Positions 1 through 14,469 of a stretch of 64,000 bases of DNA are shown one piece after another. The position numbers and the translations under genes are program-made. The notes below the pieces were generated by a model, which saw only the letters and a program-made list of their open reading frames with translations, did no database searches and was not told the DNA's origin. Positions within the stretch are counted from its first letter, which is position 1, and every line of letters starts with the position of its first letter. This stretch comes from Azolla caroliniana (lineage: Eukaryota > Plantae > Polypodiophyta): contig JBHGNT010000004.1 in NCBI GenBank assembly GCA_043228905.1, forward strand, positions 16,492,001-16,556,000, read 5' to 3'.

Positions 1-150
1 ACAAACTGAGTATTATTTTGAAATTGAGTTTCTGTGTTTTGCTATCTCTGTCTCTCCCGTGTACTGACACACACTCTCCCTCCATTGTTCTCTGTTGCTG
101 TCCGGCTGAGCCGATTGTGTATGTTTAGCTTCCACACGTTATTCTTTTCA
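1..150 (+). repeat. 3' part of a Ty1/copia LTR (3' or solo LTR, cut by window edge)
   Basis: Ends GCTTCCACACGTTATTCTTTTCA, near the reverse complement of the LTR start TGAAAAGAATGGCGTGCGGAAGC at 30538; also shares TCTCTGTCTCTCCCGTG; no PBS follows. Confidence 0.75.
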
Positions 151-728
151 GTGATTGTTAGAAAAATTCATGTAAGGATTAGATTTGGTCAAAGATATGT
201 GGGAAGTATAGCTGGATATGATCAAAGGTAGAAATTTGTATCAAATTGTGATACTCAAAAAACTCCCAAACTTATCACAATATGTGCATAGTTGTTAGAG
301 CTTAGATATAAAGTAAGCATATGATAAGGATATAAGAGACAGAGAAAGAAGTGTGCCGATCATCCCGACCACCCCCAAGCGAAGGGATTGAGATGGACTC
401 GAGCCTCGATCGACGCCCCATACCACCATCGTAGCGTCGAGTCGTACATGGTCTGGCGCGCTCGCTACAAGAGTTGAGCCACCACACGAACGGAGTCTCG
501 GCATACTAAAGAGGTGATGAAGTGAGGGTAGTTAGGCCTAATATTTATAGCTAGACCCAAGGCCCCCAGGCAAGTTCTCACTTGGCCTAATGGGTTGTCT
601 CAATCCCGAGGATTAAAAGTAATCATTCCATTCTTTACACTCTGATTTAACCCTCACACTTTATCCACGTGTATAGAATACTATGGTAAATTCTCACCAC
701 GGGATATTATATGGTCATGCTTGTAACA

Positions 729-1260
729 AGAGTCAATTTCCCTTATAAGTTATGCCCTACTGTATCGTCGCACATCATAGTATGAGTAAACTTAGTCACA
801 TGGAAGCACTAGTTTGTACAACAAACAACAAGATGGGTTGTAACATATATTGCTAGCAGGCACAAACATACACACAATCCTTGCATAGTTGATTACGCTT
901 ATCACGTATGCCCTAATGCATTGTCTGACATTATAGTGTGTGTAAGCTTATTCACATTGAAGCACTAGTTTGTACAACAAATAGTAGGATGGGCTCTATC
1001 ATGTATTGCTAAAATACGCGCGTGCACACACAAATTATTATTGTATTTGAAGGTTAAATATGACTTATGAGTCAAAAATATAATATTTTCATGTAGTATA
1101 TGTGAAAGTGAGTCTATTGCTAGCAGGCACAAACATACACTGAATCCTTACATCGTTGATTACACTTATCACGTATGCCTTAATGCATTGTCTCACATTA
1201 TAGTGTGCGTAAGCTTATTTATTCCCATTGAAGCACTAGTTTGTAAATTCTAGTTTGTAA
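729..1260 (+). repeat. Copy of the element's right flank (7631-8012) plus a re-copied segment, embedded in the left LTR
   Basis: 729-1110 is nearly identical to 7631-8012; 1115-1245 re-copies about 848-975; the LTR end resumes at 1261. Confidence 0.9.
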
Positions 1261-1338
1261 ATACTAGGTAAATTCTCACCACGAGATATTATATGGTCAT
1301 GCCCGTAACATACTCCCTCTCTTTAAAACATTGCACTC

Positions 1339-4300
1339 TTACAATGGAAAGTTAGGGAAGTTAGTTCTAAGAGTATTTTCGCGTTCCCATGTGGCATCTT
1401 TTATAGACTTATCCATCCATTTAATTTTAAATTCTCGGATTATTTTAGAACGCAATTTTTCTGTTTTAACATCGAGAATTCTTTCTGGTACATGTGGTTT
1501 AAAAGATAATTCTTCAGAAGTAACCAAAACTATTTCAGTTGTAACTGTATTGTTGTTAGAACCTAGAAGTTCTTTTAGATGATTTACATGATTAACTAGA
1601 TGGATTTCAAGACCATGAGGAAGAGCGAGACGATAGGTTGATGAACCAATGCGTTTGAGGACTGTAAAAGGTCCACAAAACCGTGAGGCTAACTTAACGC
1701 ACTTACCCGTCGACAATGTCTTAGAATTGTGAGGTACACATAAAAATACCTTCTGTTCAGGGTTGAATACACGTGGTTGCCTATTATGATTGGCATAAAA
1801 GCGTGCTCTATCTTGAGCTGTTTTTATATTATCTCGTGCAATATGCAACATATTTTGCATATCCGGAAGAAAGTTTTGCGTACTTCGCAAATCATATTGG
1901 TGTATATTAACATCAATCGGGGCTCGTGGCTGTAAACCATACATCAACATAAAAGGAGTATATCCCGTCGACGTATGCTTGGAGCTGTTATAAGCAAACT
2001 CCAAAATTGGGAGATAACGTTCCCATTTTGTTGGTTTTGTACCAACATATGCATAGAGCATGTCCTCAATAATTTGATTTACTCGTTCTATTTGTCCATC
2101 AGATTGAGGATGATTCATGGAGCTCATGCTCAATGTAGTTTCTAACTTCATAAAGACTTGCGTCTAAAAGTCACTAGTAAACTTTGGATCGCGATCACTC
2201 ACGATATCCATCGGTAACCCATAAAAAAGAAATAACTCATCAACAAATTGGTAAGCCAATTCAGGAGTTGTTATCGTGGTTTTCGTAGCAATACATCTAG
2301 CCATTTTAGTTAGTCTATCAACCACAACCCAGATGGCATCATGACCTTTTTGGGTGCGAGGAAGGCTAACAATAAAATCCATGGATATACTTTCCCACTT
2401 ATTATTGGGGATTTCCAAGGGATGTAAAAGTCTTGTGGCTTTAAGTTGCCCGACTTTGTTAACCTGACACTGGTGACATTTAGTCACATTGCTATGTATG
2501 TCAGGACGCATCTTAGGCCAATAGAATTGAGTGGAGATGAGAACTAGTGTACGATGTATTCCAGGGTACCCTGGTAAGGGCGCATCATGGCATTCAGAAA
2601 GAATTGTCTTTTTCACCTCAGGCAAATCTGGAACAAAAACCTTCCCATTACAATAGACCAAATCGTTAGCAATGTGGAAGTATTCCTTCGAGGATGTGGT
2701 GGTGTCTGTTCCAGATTCAACTCTTGCCCAGTATTTCGCAAAATAACTGTCATCAGAATACTTTCCTCGAAGGTGATCATAAAGATCTGATGTTATTTCA
2801 GTGATGCTAAGCATGTTAACTTCACGAATGCGACTTAGTGCACCAGCGACAACGTTCATGGAACCTTTACGATATCGTATGGAAAAATCAAAGTCCTAGA
2901 TGAGATCTGCCCATTGTGCCTTATGGCCTTTATGGTCTTGTTGGTCACAAAAATATTTCAAGAACTCGTGGTCTGTAGTTACCACAAAATGATTTCCATA
3001 AAGATAATGACGCCATGCCTTGAGCGCATGAATCAATGCAAATAATTCATTTTCTTGCACGGTATCCGACACTAAGCAGAATCAAGTTTCTTACTCTCAA
3101 ATGCTATTGGTTTACCATATTGATATAGGACATCACCTAAAGCATACTCACTTGCATAAGTTTCAATCTGAAAAGGTTTTGAAGGATCTGGTAAAAGAAG
3201 CGAAGGAGCCTTGCACACTAGGTGCTTGAATTCCTTAACGGCGAGGTCTAGTGTAGCATTCCACATGATAGGTTTTGTAGATTTACGCGTTTGACCTTTG
3301 AGAAAATCAGTAAACGATGTCGTCAATTGGGAGTAATTACAAAGAGATTTTCGCAAAAACCCGACAAAACCAAGGAATGATCGAACTTCTCAAATATTCC
3401 AAAGAGTGGGCCAAAGTTTGACTTTCTTGATGCGAGAAGGATCAATTTCAACTCCTCGTTCGGTTATGAGATGTCCAAGATAAGTAATTGATTTCTTGAA
3501 GAACTCGCATTTTGAGATCTTCACATAAAACTGTTTGTCACATAATGTTTGTAAAACAAAGCAGAAATCTTTAGCATGTTCTTCTAATGTACGACTATAA
3601 ACTAGAATATCATCCAAGAAAATCATGACAAATTTTCAAAGTTTTTCTCGGAAAATGTCATTCATTTTTGTTGAAATGTGGTCGGTGCATTGGTCAAACC
3701 GAAAGGCATAACCAAAAACTCATAATGGCCATAGCGCGTACGAAATGACGTTTTAGGAACATCTTTCTCACTTATACAAATTTGATGGTAGGTCATACAG
3801 AGATCAAGTTTCGTAAAATACCGAGCTCCCTGGAGACGGTCAATTAGATCATCAGCTTGGGGCAATGGATATGAATTCTTGATCGTCACTTTATTTAAGC
3901 GTCCGTAATTAATACACACACACCATGTGACCTCTTTCTTTTTTACCAAGAGAACAGATGCACCCTATGGAGATTTACTATAACGTATATAACCCATTCA
4001 TAAATAGTCCTTGAGTTGCTTAGATACCTCACCTCTTCGGATTGACTTAAACGATAAGGAGGTATACTTATTGGTGCAACACCAGGTACAATATCTATAT
4101 GATGGTCTATATTACGTTTAGGAGGTAACCCATGTGGTAGTTCACTCGCAAAAACATCATGAAAATCATTTAAGATTTCATTGAGTGTTGTTCAAAATAT
4201 GATAATTGACCCGAGACATTATCGATGTTATAAACGTGAATGTTCAGATCAAGTACACAATAAAATAAAGAAGAACAAGACAACTCAAATATTGATGGAG

Positions 4301-5499
4301 CAGAAACAATCGCAAGAGATTGTTTATTTACGCATTGAATAAATTGAGTACAATCGTTCAGTAAAAGGAAATGGAATGGTGAATCCAATCCATAGACAAA
4401 GAAGAGTTTTTATTATAAAACCAAGGATAACCCAGTATTACATCAGTGGTATAAAGATTCATTACATGGAAGTCTACTTCCTCTATATATGTATCAATAG
4501 AAATTCCTAATGAATGAATCGCCCCGTTGATGTATTGTACGGGATATTGTGTGAGCTTCTTGAATCAAATAAAAATTGTACGAGAGATCCATTGATATAC
4601 CCGTTTGCACGTAGTAAATCATTGAGTCCCAATACATAGTGAGGGAAAGAACATTTACAATTACTTAAATGATGTGTATAGAATGTTGTCGCTTACAATC
4701 GCGATCCATGAATTCGTTGGGTGTCTTGCGTTTCCTAGCGAATTGCAATTGGTTCGTTCCGGGCGCTTCGTTGGGTTTGTTATGGTCCTTCTTCGAAGTG
4801 TGTTGATAGAGAAGTACTATTTCAACGACCTCGTCGAAGGATTTGGGATCCTTATCGTACACTATTCAGTGATAGTACGAATTGGGGATGCCATTGACAA
4901 AACAAGATATTAACCAATTGTCCCCTTCTAGACCCGATTTTTGGATTTGGGTTCTAACATGGGGAACATAATCTTCTAGCAAGGAAATTTTCTAGCTAGA
5001 GATGTTCATTAATGCTTGTGCTATCTTGGTTCGAGATGGAGGTTGCAGAAATTGGCCCTTGAAAATTGTGATAAAGTTTGTCCAGGTATCATGCAATTTC
5101 CCTGTAGTGTGGAGGTCACGCCACCAGGCGGCAGCCTTGCCCCGTAGTTCTCGACTAACATACGCAATCTTTGTACTATCTAGCTTGGGATAGAGCTCAA
5201 AATGAGACTCCCATTAGCCCAGCAACGTGTAGATTGCTTCTTCGGTTCTATTCTTTTTTTCTCCCGTAAATGGCTTTACGACAAATGATGGTTCACCTTG
5301 ACGCTTATTGGGTCTATTAGTATCATGTTGTAAACTAATGACACATGCCTCGAGAGCACTATGAGATTCCCAAAGTTCGGTCATCTCATGCAAGGTTGAA
5401 TTAAGGAAATTTTGTATTTGTAAAAAATACGACTCAATGGGGATTTCCTTGAATTCCTTCCTCTTGTGTGGATCCCATCGGGTCGTTATTATGAGCCAT
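1339..5499 (-). pseudogene. Fragmented gag-pol: gag, protease, RT (FLDDIL), RNase H, integrase, chromodomain
   Basis: ORFs 1339-2151, 2164-2859, 3072-3356, 3390-3626, 3662-3949 and 4665-4862 are colinear with the 52409-56434 protein; many stops and frameshifts; deletions remove the zinc knuckle and part of protease. Confidence 0.93.
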
Positions 5500-7630
5500 T
5501 GAATGATAATTTCTGGCCAATAAATATGATAAGGTCAGACAAATAGTCATAACATTCTGTTGTGATGTAAACATATCATGGGCAAACATTAATCGATATC
5601 ATGATCTCACATCAATACCCCTCTAGACGTATGCGATGAGGTTCAAGATCAGGTTACTATGGTAACACAAAGGTGTTTTAAAAACCATGCGGGTGACAAA
5701 TGAATGTCTTACCCTGATCTCTATATCAATTTTTCATGGCAGCTCCCCGAGGCTCAACCATGTATGTTTGCGTCATGAATAGTTTAAACACGAAAAAATG
5801 GCTTTGTGCCCACACATGTGGTTTTGGCTCTATAAGTTCTATTACGAGGACCTCGAAGTGCACTTAGACCTAAAGTCTAAACATGTGTTATAGTCATATA
5901 TATCAACAATGTTGTATGGTCTTGATCATATTTGAACTCGAGACCTCAAGAACAAATGCATTAAACACTTGAGCTAACCAATTGGTTTGGTCATTTTGAA
6001 TGTTTTATGTTTTATGCAAAGGCATTTGCCCATATATGTTTTTTAAAAGAAAACATATATGTCGAGAGTCCTTATTTCCCTCTCGTTTACTACAAAACTA
6101 TATTGGTACGTTACCTAACCACAAGTCTCATAATTACAATGGCATATGCCAAAGTGCAACTTAATGGTCAAGCCAAATGAGCCCTCTTTTTGTAGTAGGC
6201 TCACATGGCCCATCACATGGTTACGTCATTACGAATGCCTTCTATAATGATGATCTCATGGTGGCATCGTATCCATGTAACGAGGGAGGGATGTTGGATA
6301 TGTGTGTCATAGGAGCGACCTCACATGAAGTGGGTCAAGACCTATGCTCTCAACATCATTATGGCTATGATCGTTTCATTATAATGTGTAGCGAAATCTA
6401 AGTGACCAACGGGGATGACAACACAAAAATTGTTGAAAAAAGGATGGTGACAACGCCATTCTCACAAAAATGTGACGAACGTGACCAAGATCCTTTCCCC
6501 AAAAAGGACAACATTCAATATACACAATCACGTAATAACTAATATACACATATGTATGTTTATCACATGTATACAATCAAATATGTATACACGTGATCAC
6601 ACATGTGTATATTTTAAAAAAATCGTAACATAAAATAGCCAATAAAATGATGAAATTGAGACACGTAATCGAGGCATATAGCCTCTATGTACATGAAACA
6701 TCCAAAAATAAGGGTGAACGTAATACACAATTGAGGTATTGACCTCTTACGCATACAACACCAATCGCATATCATTTACATAGAAATCGAGGTATTCACC
6801 TCATACGCATACGTAACATATGTATGTGAACGTAATACGCAATTGAGGTATTAACCTCGTATGCATACGACACGAATGACATATCAAATATATGTCAAAT
6901 GAGGTATTGATCTCATACACATATGTATACATTTTATACAACCAATCCATTACCAATACAACATCATTGAATTAATAAAAAAATAGATATTGACTATACA
7001 TTATTAGATTAGGAGAAGAAAGAATAGAAAAAAAATCTAAAAGAGCTACCAAAGTTCCTTTGTTGATCGCTATCTAGATCAAGGTCGACCGCATATCGAT
7101 TGATCACCATCCATCAAGAAGAAAACAAAAACATTCAACAAAAGAAATATTAGAACGAAAGCTTTGATACCAATTGTTAGAGCTTAGATCTAAAGTAAGC
7201 ATATGATAAGGATATAACAGATATAAAATAAGAAAGTCGAGAGAGAAAGAAGGATGATGATCCACCTGACCACCCCCGAGCGAAGGGATCAAGACAGACT
7301 CGAGCCTCGATCGACGCCCCATACCATTGTTGTGGCGTTAAGTCGTACTTGGTGTTGGCGCGCTCGCCACAAGAGTTAACCCACCACAAGAACGGACTAT
7401 CGATGTAGTCAAGAGATGATGAAATGTGGGTCGCTAGGCCTCATATTTATAGCCAGACCCAAGGCCCCCAAGCAAGTTCACACTTGGCCTAATGGGTTGT
7501 CTCAATCCCAAGGATTAAAAGTAATCCTTCCATTCTTTACACTCTGATTTAACCCTCACACTTTATCCATGTGTATAGAATACTACGGTAAATTCTCACC
7601 ATGGGATATTATATGGTCATGCCTGTAACA

Positions 7631-8660
7631 ATAGTCAATTTCCCTTATAAGTTATGCCCTACTGTATCGTCGCACATCATAGTATGAGTAAACTTAGTCA
7701 CATGGAAGCACTAGTTTGTACAACAAACAACAAGATGGGTTGTAACATATATTGCTAGCAGGCACAAACATACACACAATCCTTGCATAGTTGATTACGC
7801 TTATCACGTATGCCCTAATGCATTGTCTGACATTATAGTGTGTGTAAGCTTATTCACATTGAAGCACTAGTTTGTACAACAAATAGTAGGATGGGCTCTA
7901 TCATGTGTTGCTAAAATACGCGTGCGCACACACAAATTATTATTGTATTTGAAGGTTAAATATGACTTATGAGTCAAAAATATAATATTTTCATGTAGTA
8001 TATGTGAAAGTGGAAAGCATAGTTGAATATGATCAAAGGAAACACATTGTATCAAAGTGTGATACTTAGACTCTCAAACTTGTTTAGGGAAAAGTGTGCA
8101 TAGTTGACCACTCTCATTACTTGTACCCCAACACCTCATCTATCATGGACAAGTAGACGAGGCTCAATACTAAGAGAGTGAGAGAGAGATCATAGACAAG
8201 ATAATAAGAAAAAGAGAGAGAAAGTAGTCAAGAGAACAAGAACTGAATTATGATTCCGTAACTAGTGTTGTTCACCTTGACTAAGGCCAAGGTGGACCCC
8301 TATATTTATACATGTTTATGGGCTCTAAATGTAGCCTCATGCAAAGACTCATTTTCATGCACAAGCTTGTAGAATGTTCTACCTTTTGGAGCTTTCTGGA
8401 AGCTTCTAAAATCCTATATGTAGAATAGATAGTGTACAATAATCTAGTAAGGTAACATGATTATGTATTGGATGTATTGGTTAAAACATATCGATTAAAT
8501 ACAATAGGTCAAGACTTCGAATCATGACAAGACTATTGTCATGTCCATGACATCATCCCACAACACACTGGATGTGATCTAAGTTGCATGGAAGCAATAG
8601 TTTGAATGGTAGACAATGAGATGTGCTCTAACATGTATCGATGTGTATGGTGTTGTGATG
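7631..8660. repeat. Degenerate host tandem-like repeat (GAAGCACTAGTTTGTACAACAAA core, about 155 bp spacing)
   Basis: Core at about 7705 and 7861, degenerate at about 8591; 8012-8105 resembles 201-292. Confidence 0.45.
8141..8552. mobile_element. Solo LTR (412 bp)
   Basis: Inverted ends TATCATGGACA...TGTCCATGACA (10/11 match), flanked by direct repeat TCATC at 8136-8140 and 8553-8557. Confidence 0.8.
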
Positions 8661-8736
8661 TTTTCCACACATAATGTGAAACTACCCCAGATAGGAAATA
8701 AAATCATAGTACAAATAAGCCAAACGTGCCTTCAAT

Positions 8737-8803
8737 GAAGCAAGATTTGAACTTTGCACCTTCAAGGAAAGACAGAATTGTATTTACCAATAAGGCAACT
8801 ACT
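8737..8803 (-). other. Degenerate tRNA-derived (SINE-like) sequence
   Basis: Minus strand TTGCCTTATTGGTA...AGGTGCAAAGTTCAAATCTTGC: A- and B-box-like motifs at tRNA spacing, similar to the LTR modules at 33451 and 43371. Confidence 0.5.
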
Positions 8804-8817
8804 AGTGAATTTATTTC

Positions 8818-11800
8818 TATTGAGAATCGAACTCAACTTCCCATAGAGACAGTGGTCACACTAGCCAGTGGACATCATACTAGGCTAGATTTGTAATTAG
8901 TAGAAATGGGCACTTGACCTAGACTAGTTGGTATTTAAACCAACTCTTTGTAACTTAGTTACTGTTGGATGTAATCTATCTTTTTATCAATATAGCTTCT
9001 TGCTCAAGATCTCTCTCTCTCACTCTTTCTATGTCTTGCCTTACGTGCACTCACACACCCACACATAACTCGCTTCCATTGCACAACAACACCTACGTCT
9101 CTCCTTCTTTACATGGTATCAAAGTGTGTGGTTGTCTGACCAAACTCACTCAACTGTGTTGTGATCACAACACCGACGATCAAGAAATCGACATCATGAA
9201 TACTTAGATGGGAAGCGTTCTTCCTACAGAGAAGCTCGACATGACAAACTTTGCATCTTGGTAATACAAGATGCATCAATACCTTGTCAGATAAGGTTAG
9301 TGGAGTTATATCGAAGGATCTCATGAAATGCAACCCAACCCAACACATGCCGACTATCCAACGTGGGAGCAGGCCGCAAGCCGTGTGTTGTATTGCCTTG
9401 CATCATGTGTGCATGATCACATGCTCGTCTATATTCGAGAGTTGAAAATACCTAAAGAAGCTTGGGCCAATCTCAAGAAGATTATTGTGGCCAATACCAC
9501 TGCATGAAAGCTCCAACTCCGACAAGAGTTGAATAACATGCAACAAATGGATATGTCGATCACCAACTATACCTTGAAGATCAAGGAGCTATGCGAAGCC
9601 CTCAGATCGATCAACGTCGTCATCGATGATGGCGAGATGATGCAAATATGCCTCGGCAGCTTGTCACCTCGATTCGGCATGATTAGATCGGCCATTCTCG
9701 CAAGGGTGAATCCACCTTCCTTTTTCGACCTTCAGTCGATACTATTGGTGGAGGAAAAGCATGCCTGACAGAGGAGCAATGCAGTCGATGGTCAAATGCT
9801 CTACTCCCAATCGGATGATAGAAGAGAATTCGTTCGTGGAAATAGAGGTTGATTCGACCAAGGGCGACAGAGCCAGCCGACCCGAGAACGCAATTCCTAC
9901 CAATGGCAAGATGGTAAGAGCAATCCTAGAGAGTTCGGCAGAAGGGGGAGCCATTCTGCCGGACCGAGCCATCGCAATAACCCGATCGAATGCGAGTAAT
10001 AAGGAAAACTCGGCCACTACGAAGAAGAGTGCCGAAAGAAGCAACGAGAATAGGCCTCGACTAGCCGAAAACTCACTAACTATGCTTTGAATTCCAACTA
10101 CGACGATCGTGGCGGAATGTTCATGATGAGGCACAAAGTGCATTCAATGTCCACACAAGGTGAGACAAGTACCCCTCCTTCAGATAATGTTTGGTTTGTC
10201 GACTCGGAAGCATCCAATCATATGACATCCCATGAAGATTGGTTCCGAGAATTACGAAAGCCTGATCGACATGGCTATATCGAAACCGGAGATGACACAA
10301 CTCACTCGATTCGGCATATCGGAAATGTCCCATTCGGGAACGATGGCAAACAAACCTACCTCAAAAACGTCCTGCATGTCCCAACCATCACGAAAAATCT
10401 AGTCTCGGCCAACCAGATAGTAGAACAAGGGATCCAACTGCGGTTCAATAATGAAGGGTGCTTCATTGAAAAAGACGATCAAATCATAGCGCACGGTCAT
10501 CGAGAAGGCCGAATGTTCATCCTCGAGTCGAACGAGGTGAAGTCCGCCATGTTCACCAATGGCATCAAATTCGAAACCGACTTGAAAATGTGGCATAAGT
10601 GAATCAGCTACATTAATTTCCAAAAGCTTAAAAAGATGTAGTCGAAAGGAGTCGTAATCAGACTTCCAACATTTACCAAGAAGGAGATTACAGGTGTATG
10701 TGAAGCCTACCAATTCGGCAAACAACACCGACAACCATTCCCAAAAGAAGGGAATGTGAGCAAAAGGATCCTGGATGTCGTACATTCAGATGTATGGGGA
10801 CTAGCAGAGACAACCTCATTCGGCAGATGCCAATACTATGTCACATTTATTGACGATTTCTCGAGGCAAGTCTAGATCTATCTGATGTGGCAGAAGGGTG
10901 AAGTGTGCAGACACTTCCAAGGGTTTAAAAACGAAGTTGAAAAAGCCACAAGTTGGCATGTTCAATCCCTCAATCGGATGGAGGCAAGGAGTATTTCTTG
11001 GATGATTTTACGGCGTACCTCCGCAAGGAAGGAATTCAATGAGAATTCTCATGCCGACACACACCTCAGCAAAACAGAGTAGCCGAACGAAAGAATCGGC
11101 ACATAGTAGAGGTGGCATGGGCCATGATGAACGAGATGAACCTGTCGGAATCGTACTAGGCAGAAGCAGCTAACACAACCGTCTATCTCATGAACAGATG
11201 TACAACATCTAGGGTACACGACGTAGCCCCTCATGAGAAGTTCTTTAGAAAGAAGCTGAATCTATCACATATCCAGATATTCAGCTCGATCGCGTACGTG
11301 CATATTCCCGACGAGAAGCGACAAAAGCTCGACCCAAAGTCAGAGAAATGTATCCTCGTAGGGTACTCACTCGAACAAAAGGGGAACAAATGTTACAATC
11401 CTTCTACCCGAAAAGTTCAAGTCAAGACGTCGTTTTCAATGAGTCGGCATCCTGGTACGACCCAGAGACGACTCCAATTTCAACTACCGAACGAGAGATA
11501 GAAAACAAATTTTGACTCAAACACATGTTCGAAGAAAGTCTGATTACAACCCGGCTTAGTGGACCATAGGAGCCCTCGAGTGACCAGAGCACATCTCAGC
11601 CGAGTCCTAAACTCGACAAAGGGGAAGGCTAAGATGTCAGAATACGAAGATCCAATCGACAACGAGTCAACTCACTCCCTTGATAGTGGTTTGAAGGCCT
11701 AGACATCCCAACCATCCGGACAAATGGAGCGAACAAAGCCTTAGACTCTACAAACAAGAAGCGTCGTCGCTCCACCTGAGAGAAAAACCCAGTTCGTCGA

Positions 11801-13897
11801 TTCGGCTACGATGAGTATATGGCATACCACTATGCCTTTATGATGAAGGTGGCGACTGTCCGAGAACCGGAAACCTTTTTCGAGGCAACCAAGGATCCGT
11901 GATGGATCGAAGCCATGAATGAAGAAATGCAGGCTTTAAGCAAAAATGAGACATGGGATCTCGTTCCCCATTCTACACACAAGAAAGAGATTGGTTGCAG
12001 ATGGATATATAAGGTAAAATACAATTCCGATGTCTTGGTAAATCGCTACAAGGCACAACCCGTAGCTAAGGGATACACTCAAATGCACAGAGTCGATTAT
12101 GAGGAGACCTTTGCCCCGGTGGCAAAGATGACGATTGTTCGGATAGTCATCGCTCTTGCAGCTGCACAAGGGTGGCATCTCCACCAAATGGATGTGAAGA
12201 GTGTCTTCCTACAAGGAGAATTAGAAGAGGAAGTCTTCATGATTCAACCACCAAGTTTCAAATCGAGTAAACACCCAAAAGAAGGTTGCCGACTCAAGAA
12301 GCCTTTATACTGCCTCAAGCAAGCACCGCGTGCTTGGGATTCTAAGATCACCTACTATCTGCACCAAATCTGCTTCCGAATGTTGAAATCGGACAACTCC
12401 CTATACATCCAAAACGAGTCGCACAACCCGATTGTCATCATCCTATATGTGGATGATTTGGTCATAGGAGGAAAGGATCTCACCAAGATCAATAAGGTCA
12501 AATCATTCCTATCTGGCAGATTCAAAATGAAAGATATGCACGAGCTCCATTACTTCCTCAATATCGAAGTAATTCGAACACCAGTCAGGATATTGATCTC
12601 TCAAAGGCACTACATCCTCAACTTACTCTACAAGTTTGGAATGACAGAGTGCAAACTTGTGTCTACCCCTCTTGATCGAAATCTCAAACTCAATGTCGAT
12701 TTGGGAACAGAAGAGTGCAAGCCAACCCAGTATCAACAATTGATCGGTTTCCTAATCTATCTAACCATTACACGACCCGACCTCAACTATTCGGTTGGCC
12801 TACTTTGCCAATTCATGCAGAATCCCTGAAATGTTCATCTCTGTCCGTGGGACGATGGACTTCAGCATCATATACAAGTCGGATACGATCATTCGGCTCG
12901 AAGGGTACACGGACACTGAATGGGCCGGCATAAGGCCGATATACGATCGACTTCTGGATTCGTCTTCTCCCTCGACAGTGGAACGATCTCCTGGAGCAAC
13001 AAAAAGCAGCCGACAGTCGCACTTTCCAGGACAGAGGCAAAATACTAGGGCGCAGCAGTCGCCGCATGCGAGGTTGTCTGGCTAAAGCGCATATTGTAGG
13101 ATTTGCGCGTTCTCATCAAGGATCTGATTATCCTATACTGTGACAACATGAGCAGTATCTACCTGGCTCGGAACCCCATGTTCCACGCACGGACTAAGCA
13201 TATCGAATTGCACTATCACTTCATCCAAGAGCGCATTTAGGCTGGAGATGTCAATTTACAACACATCAGCTCAAATCTTCAGGTAGCTGACATCTTCACA
13301 AAAGCCCTCGGGGTCGACAAGCTGCGGCAATTCGCGACGAACCTTTGTCTCTTGATCACCGAAAAAACAACAAGAATCGTCGATGTCAAACAACAACCGA
13401 TCAGTCGATCGAAGACAACCAAAGGAGTCAAAGTACGATAACAATCGAGTCGAGAGTTGAACAAGGAGCACAAAGCAATCGAGCAGTCGAAAGCCGAACA
13501 ACCAAAACAACTCGAAAGTTGAAGTTGATTCAGCTTAATTGAAGGTTTTCGAAGATCGAACGGAACCAATATTTCGACATCCAGTGTTTGAAGGGGTGTG
13601 TTGAGAATAGAACTCAACTTCCCATAGAGACAGTGTTCACACTAGCCAATGGACATCATACTAGGCTAGATTTGTAATTAGTAGAAAGGGCACTTGCCCT
13701 AGACTAGTTGGTATTTAAACCAACTCTTTGTAACTTAGTTAATGTTGGATGTAATCTATCTTTTTATCAATATAGCTTCTTGCTTAAGCTCTCTCTCACA
13801 CACACTCTCTCTCTCTCTCTTGCCTTACATGCACTCACACACCCACATATAGCTTGTTTCCATTGCATAACACCACCTACGTCTCTCCTTCTTTACA
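8818..13897 (+). mobile_element. Degenerate full-length Ty1/copia LTR retrotransposon
   Basis: LTRs 8818-9113 and 13599-13897; TSD ATTTC on both sides; PBS TGGTATCAAAG at 9114; PPT GAAGGGGTG at 13590; domain order gag-PR-INT-RT-RH. Confidence 0.95.
9208..13360 (+). pseudogene. copia gag-pol, multiply disrupted
   Basis: Protease WFVDSEASNHM (ORF 10087), INT tail KLDPKSEKCILVGY (11190), RT with HQMDVK and LYVDD (11915-12829), RNase H remnants ARTKHIE and ADIFTK. Confidence 0.92.
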
Positions 13898-14469
13898 ATT
13901 TCTCATAGATCTACTTCATATTAAAATTGCATAAAAAACAACTAAAACAAAACCACGTGCACAAAAACCATGGGCTCAATGTTGGAAGCCCATGGTTTTT
14001 TGCATGCCACAAAGCAAATGTTTTGATAAAGTAACCATAGTTATTCTCAAAGTAACCATTGTTTACATGGGTTCGATGTACTATATAAGACCCTAACGGG
14101 GAATTGTGTAAAAAGGGGGGGATTGGATGAATCAATTGAGTAATAAAACATTTCATGTTTCCTCTTTCATACTCTAAGTTTTGTTTGCGCATAAGCATAA
14201 TTAAGTATTATTTGAGGGAAATCTCCCATCTTTAAAGTGCATTAATTGTTAAGCCCTAATTCCTTCCAGTCTAGAACCTTGACAGTTCCACCTCATGATT
14301 TGCACTCATTGGCGGATTTTCGCAACAACGGTATCCTCCTTCCCCGAAGAATATGGTTTTGTAGTTAAGTACAACATGTTTAACATAATGTGTGAAGTGT
14401 GAACCTCCACATTTGTCCCATTTCATGATACATTCGTGTTGTAAAAATGCCTCATTTATAGAGGAATCT

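Larger units (their letters stand above)
293..7630 (-). mobile_element. Degenerate full-length chromovirus Ty3/gypsy LTR retrotransposon (sister of 49834-56885)
   Basis: LTRs at 293-728 (LTR end repeated at 1261-1310) and 7175-7630, TG...CA. TSD ATAGT at 288-292 and 7631-7635. PBS TGGTATCAAAGC (tRNA-iMet, 7161-7172 minus). PPT at 1311-1328 minus. Confidence 0.95.
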
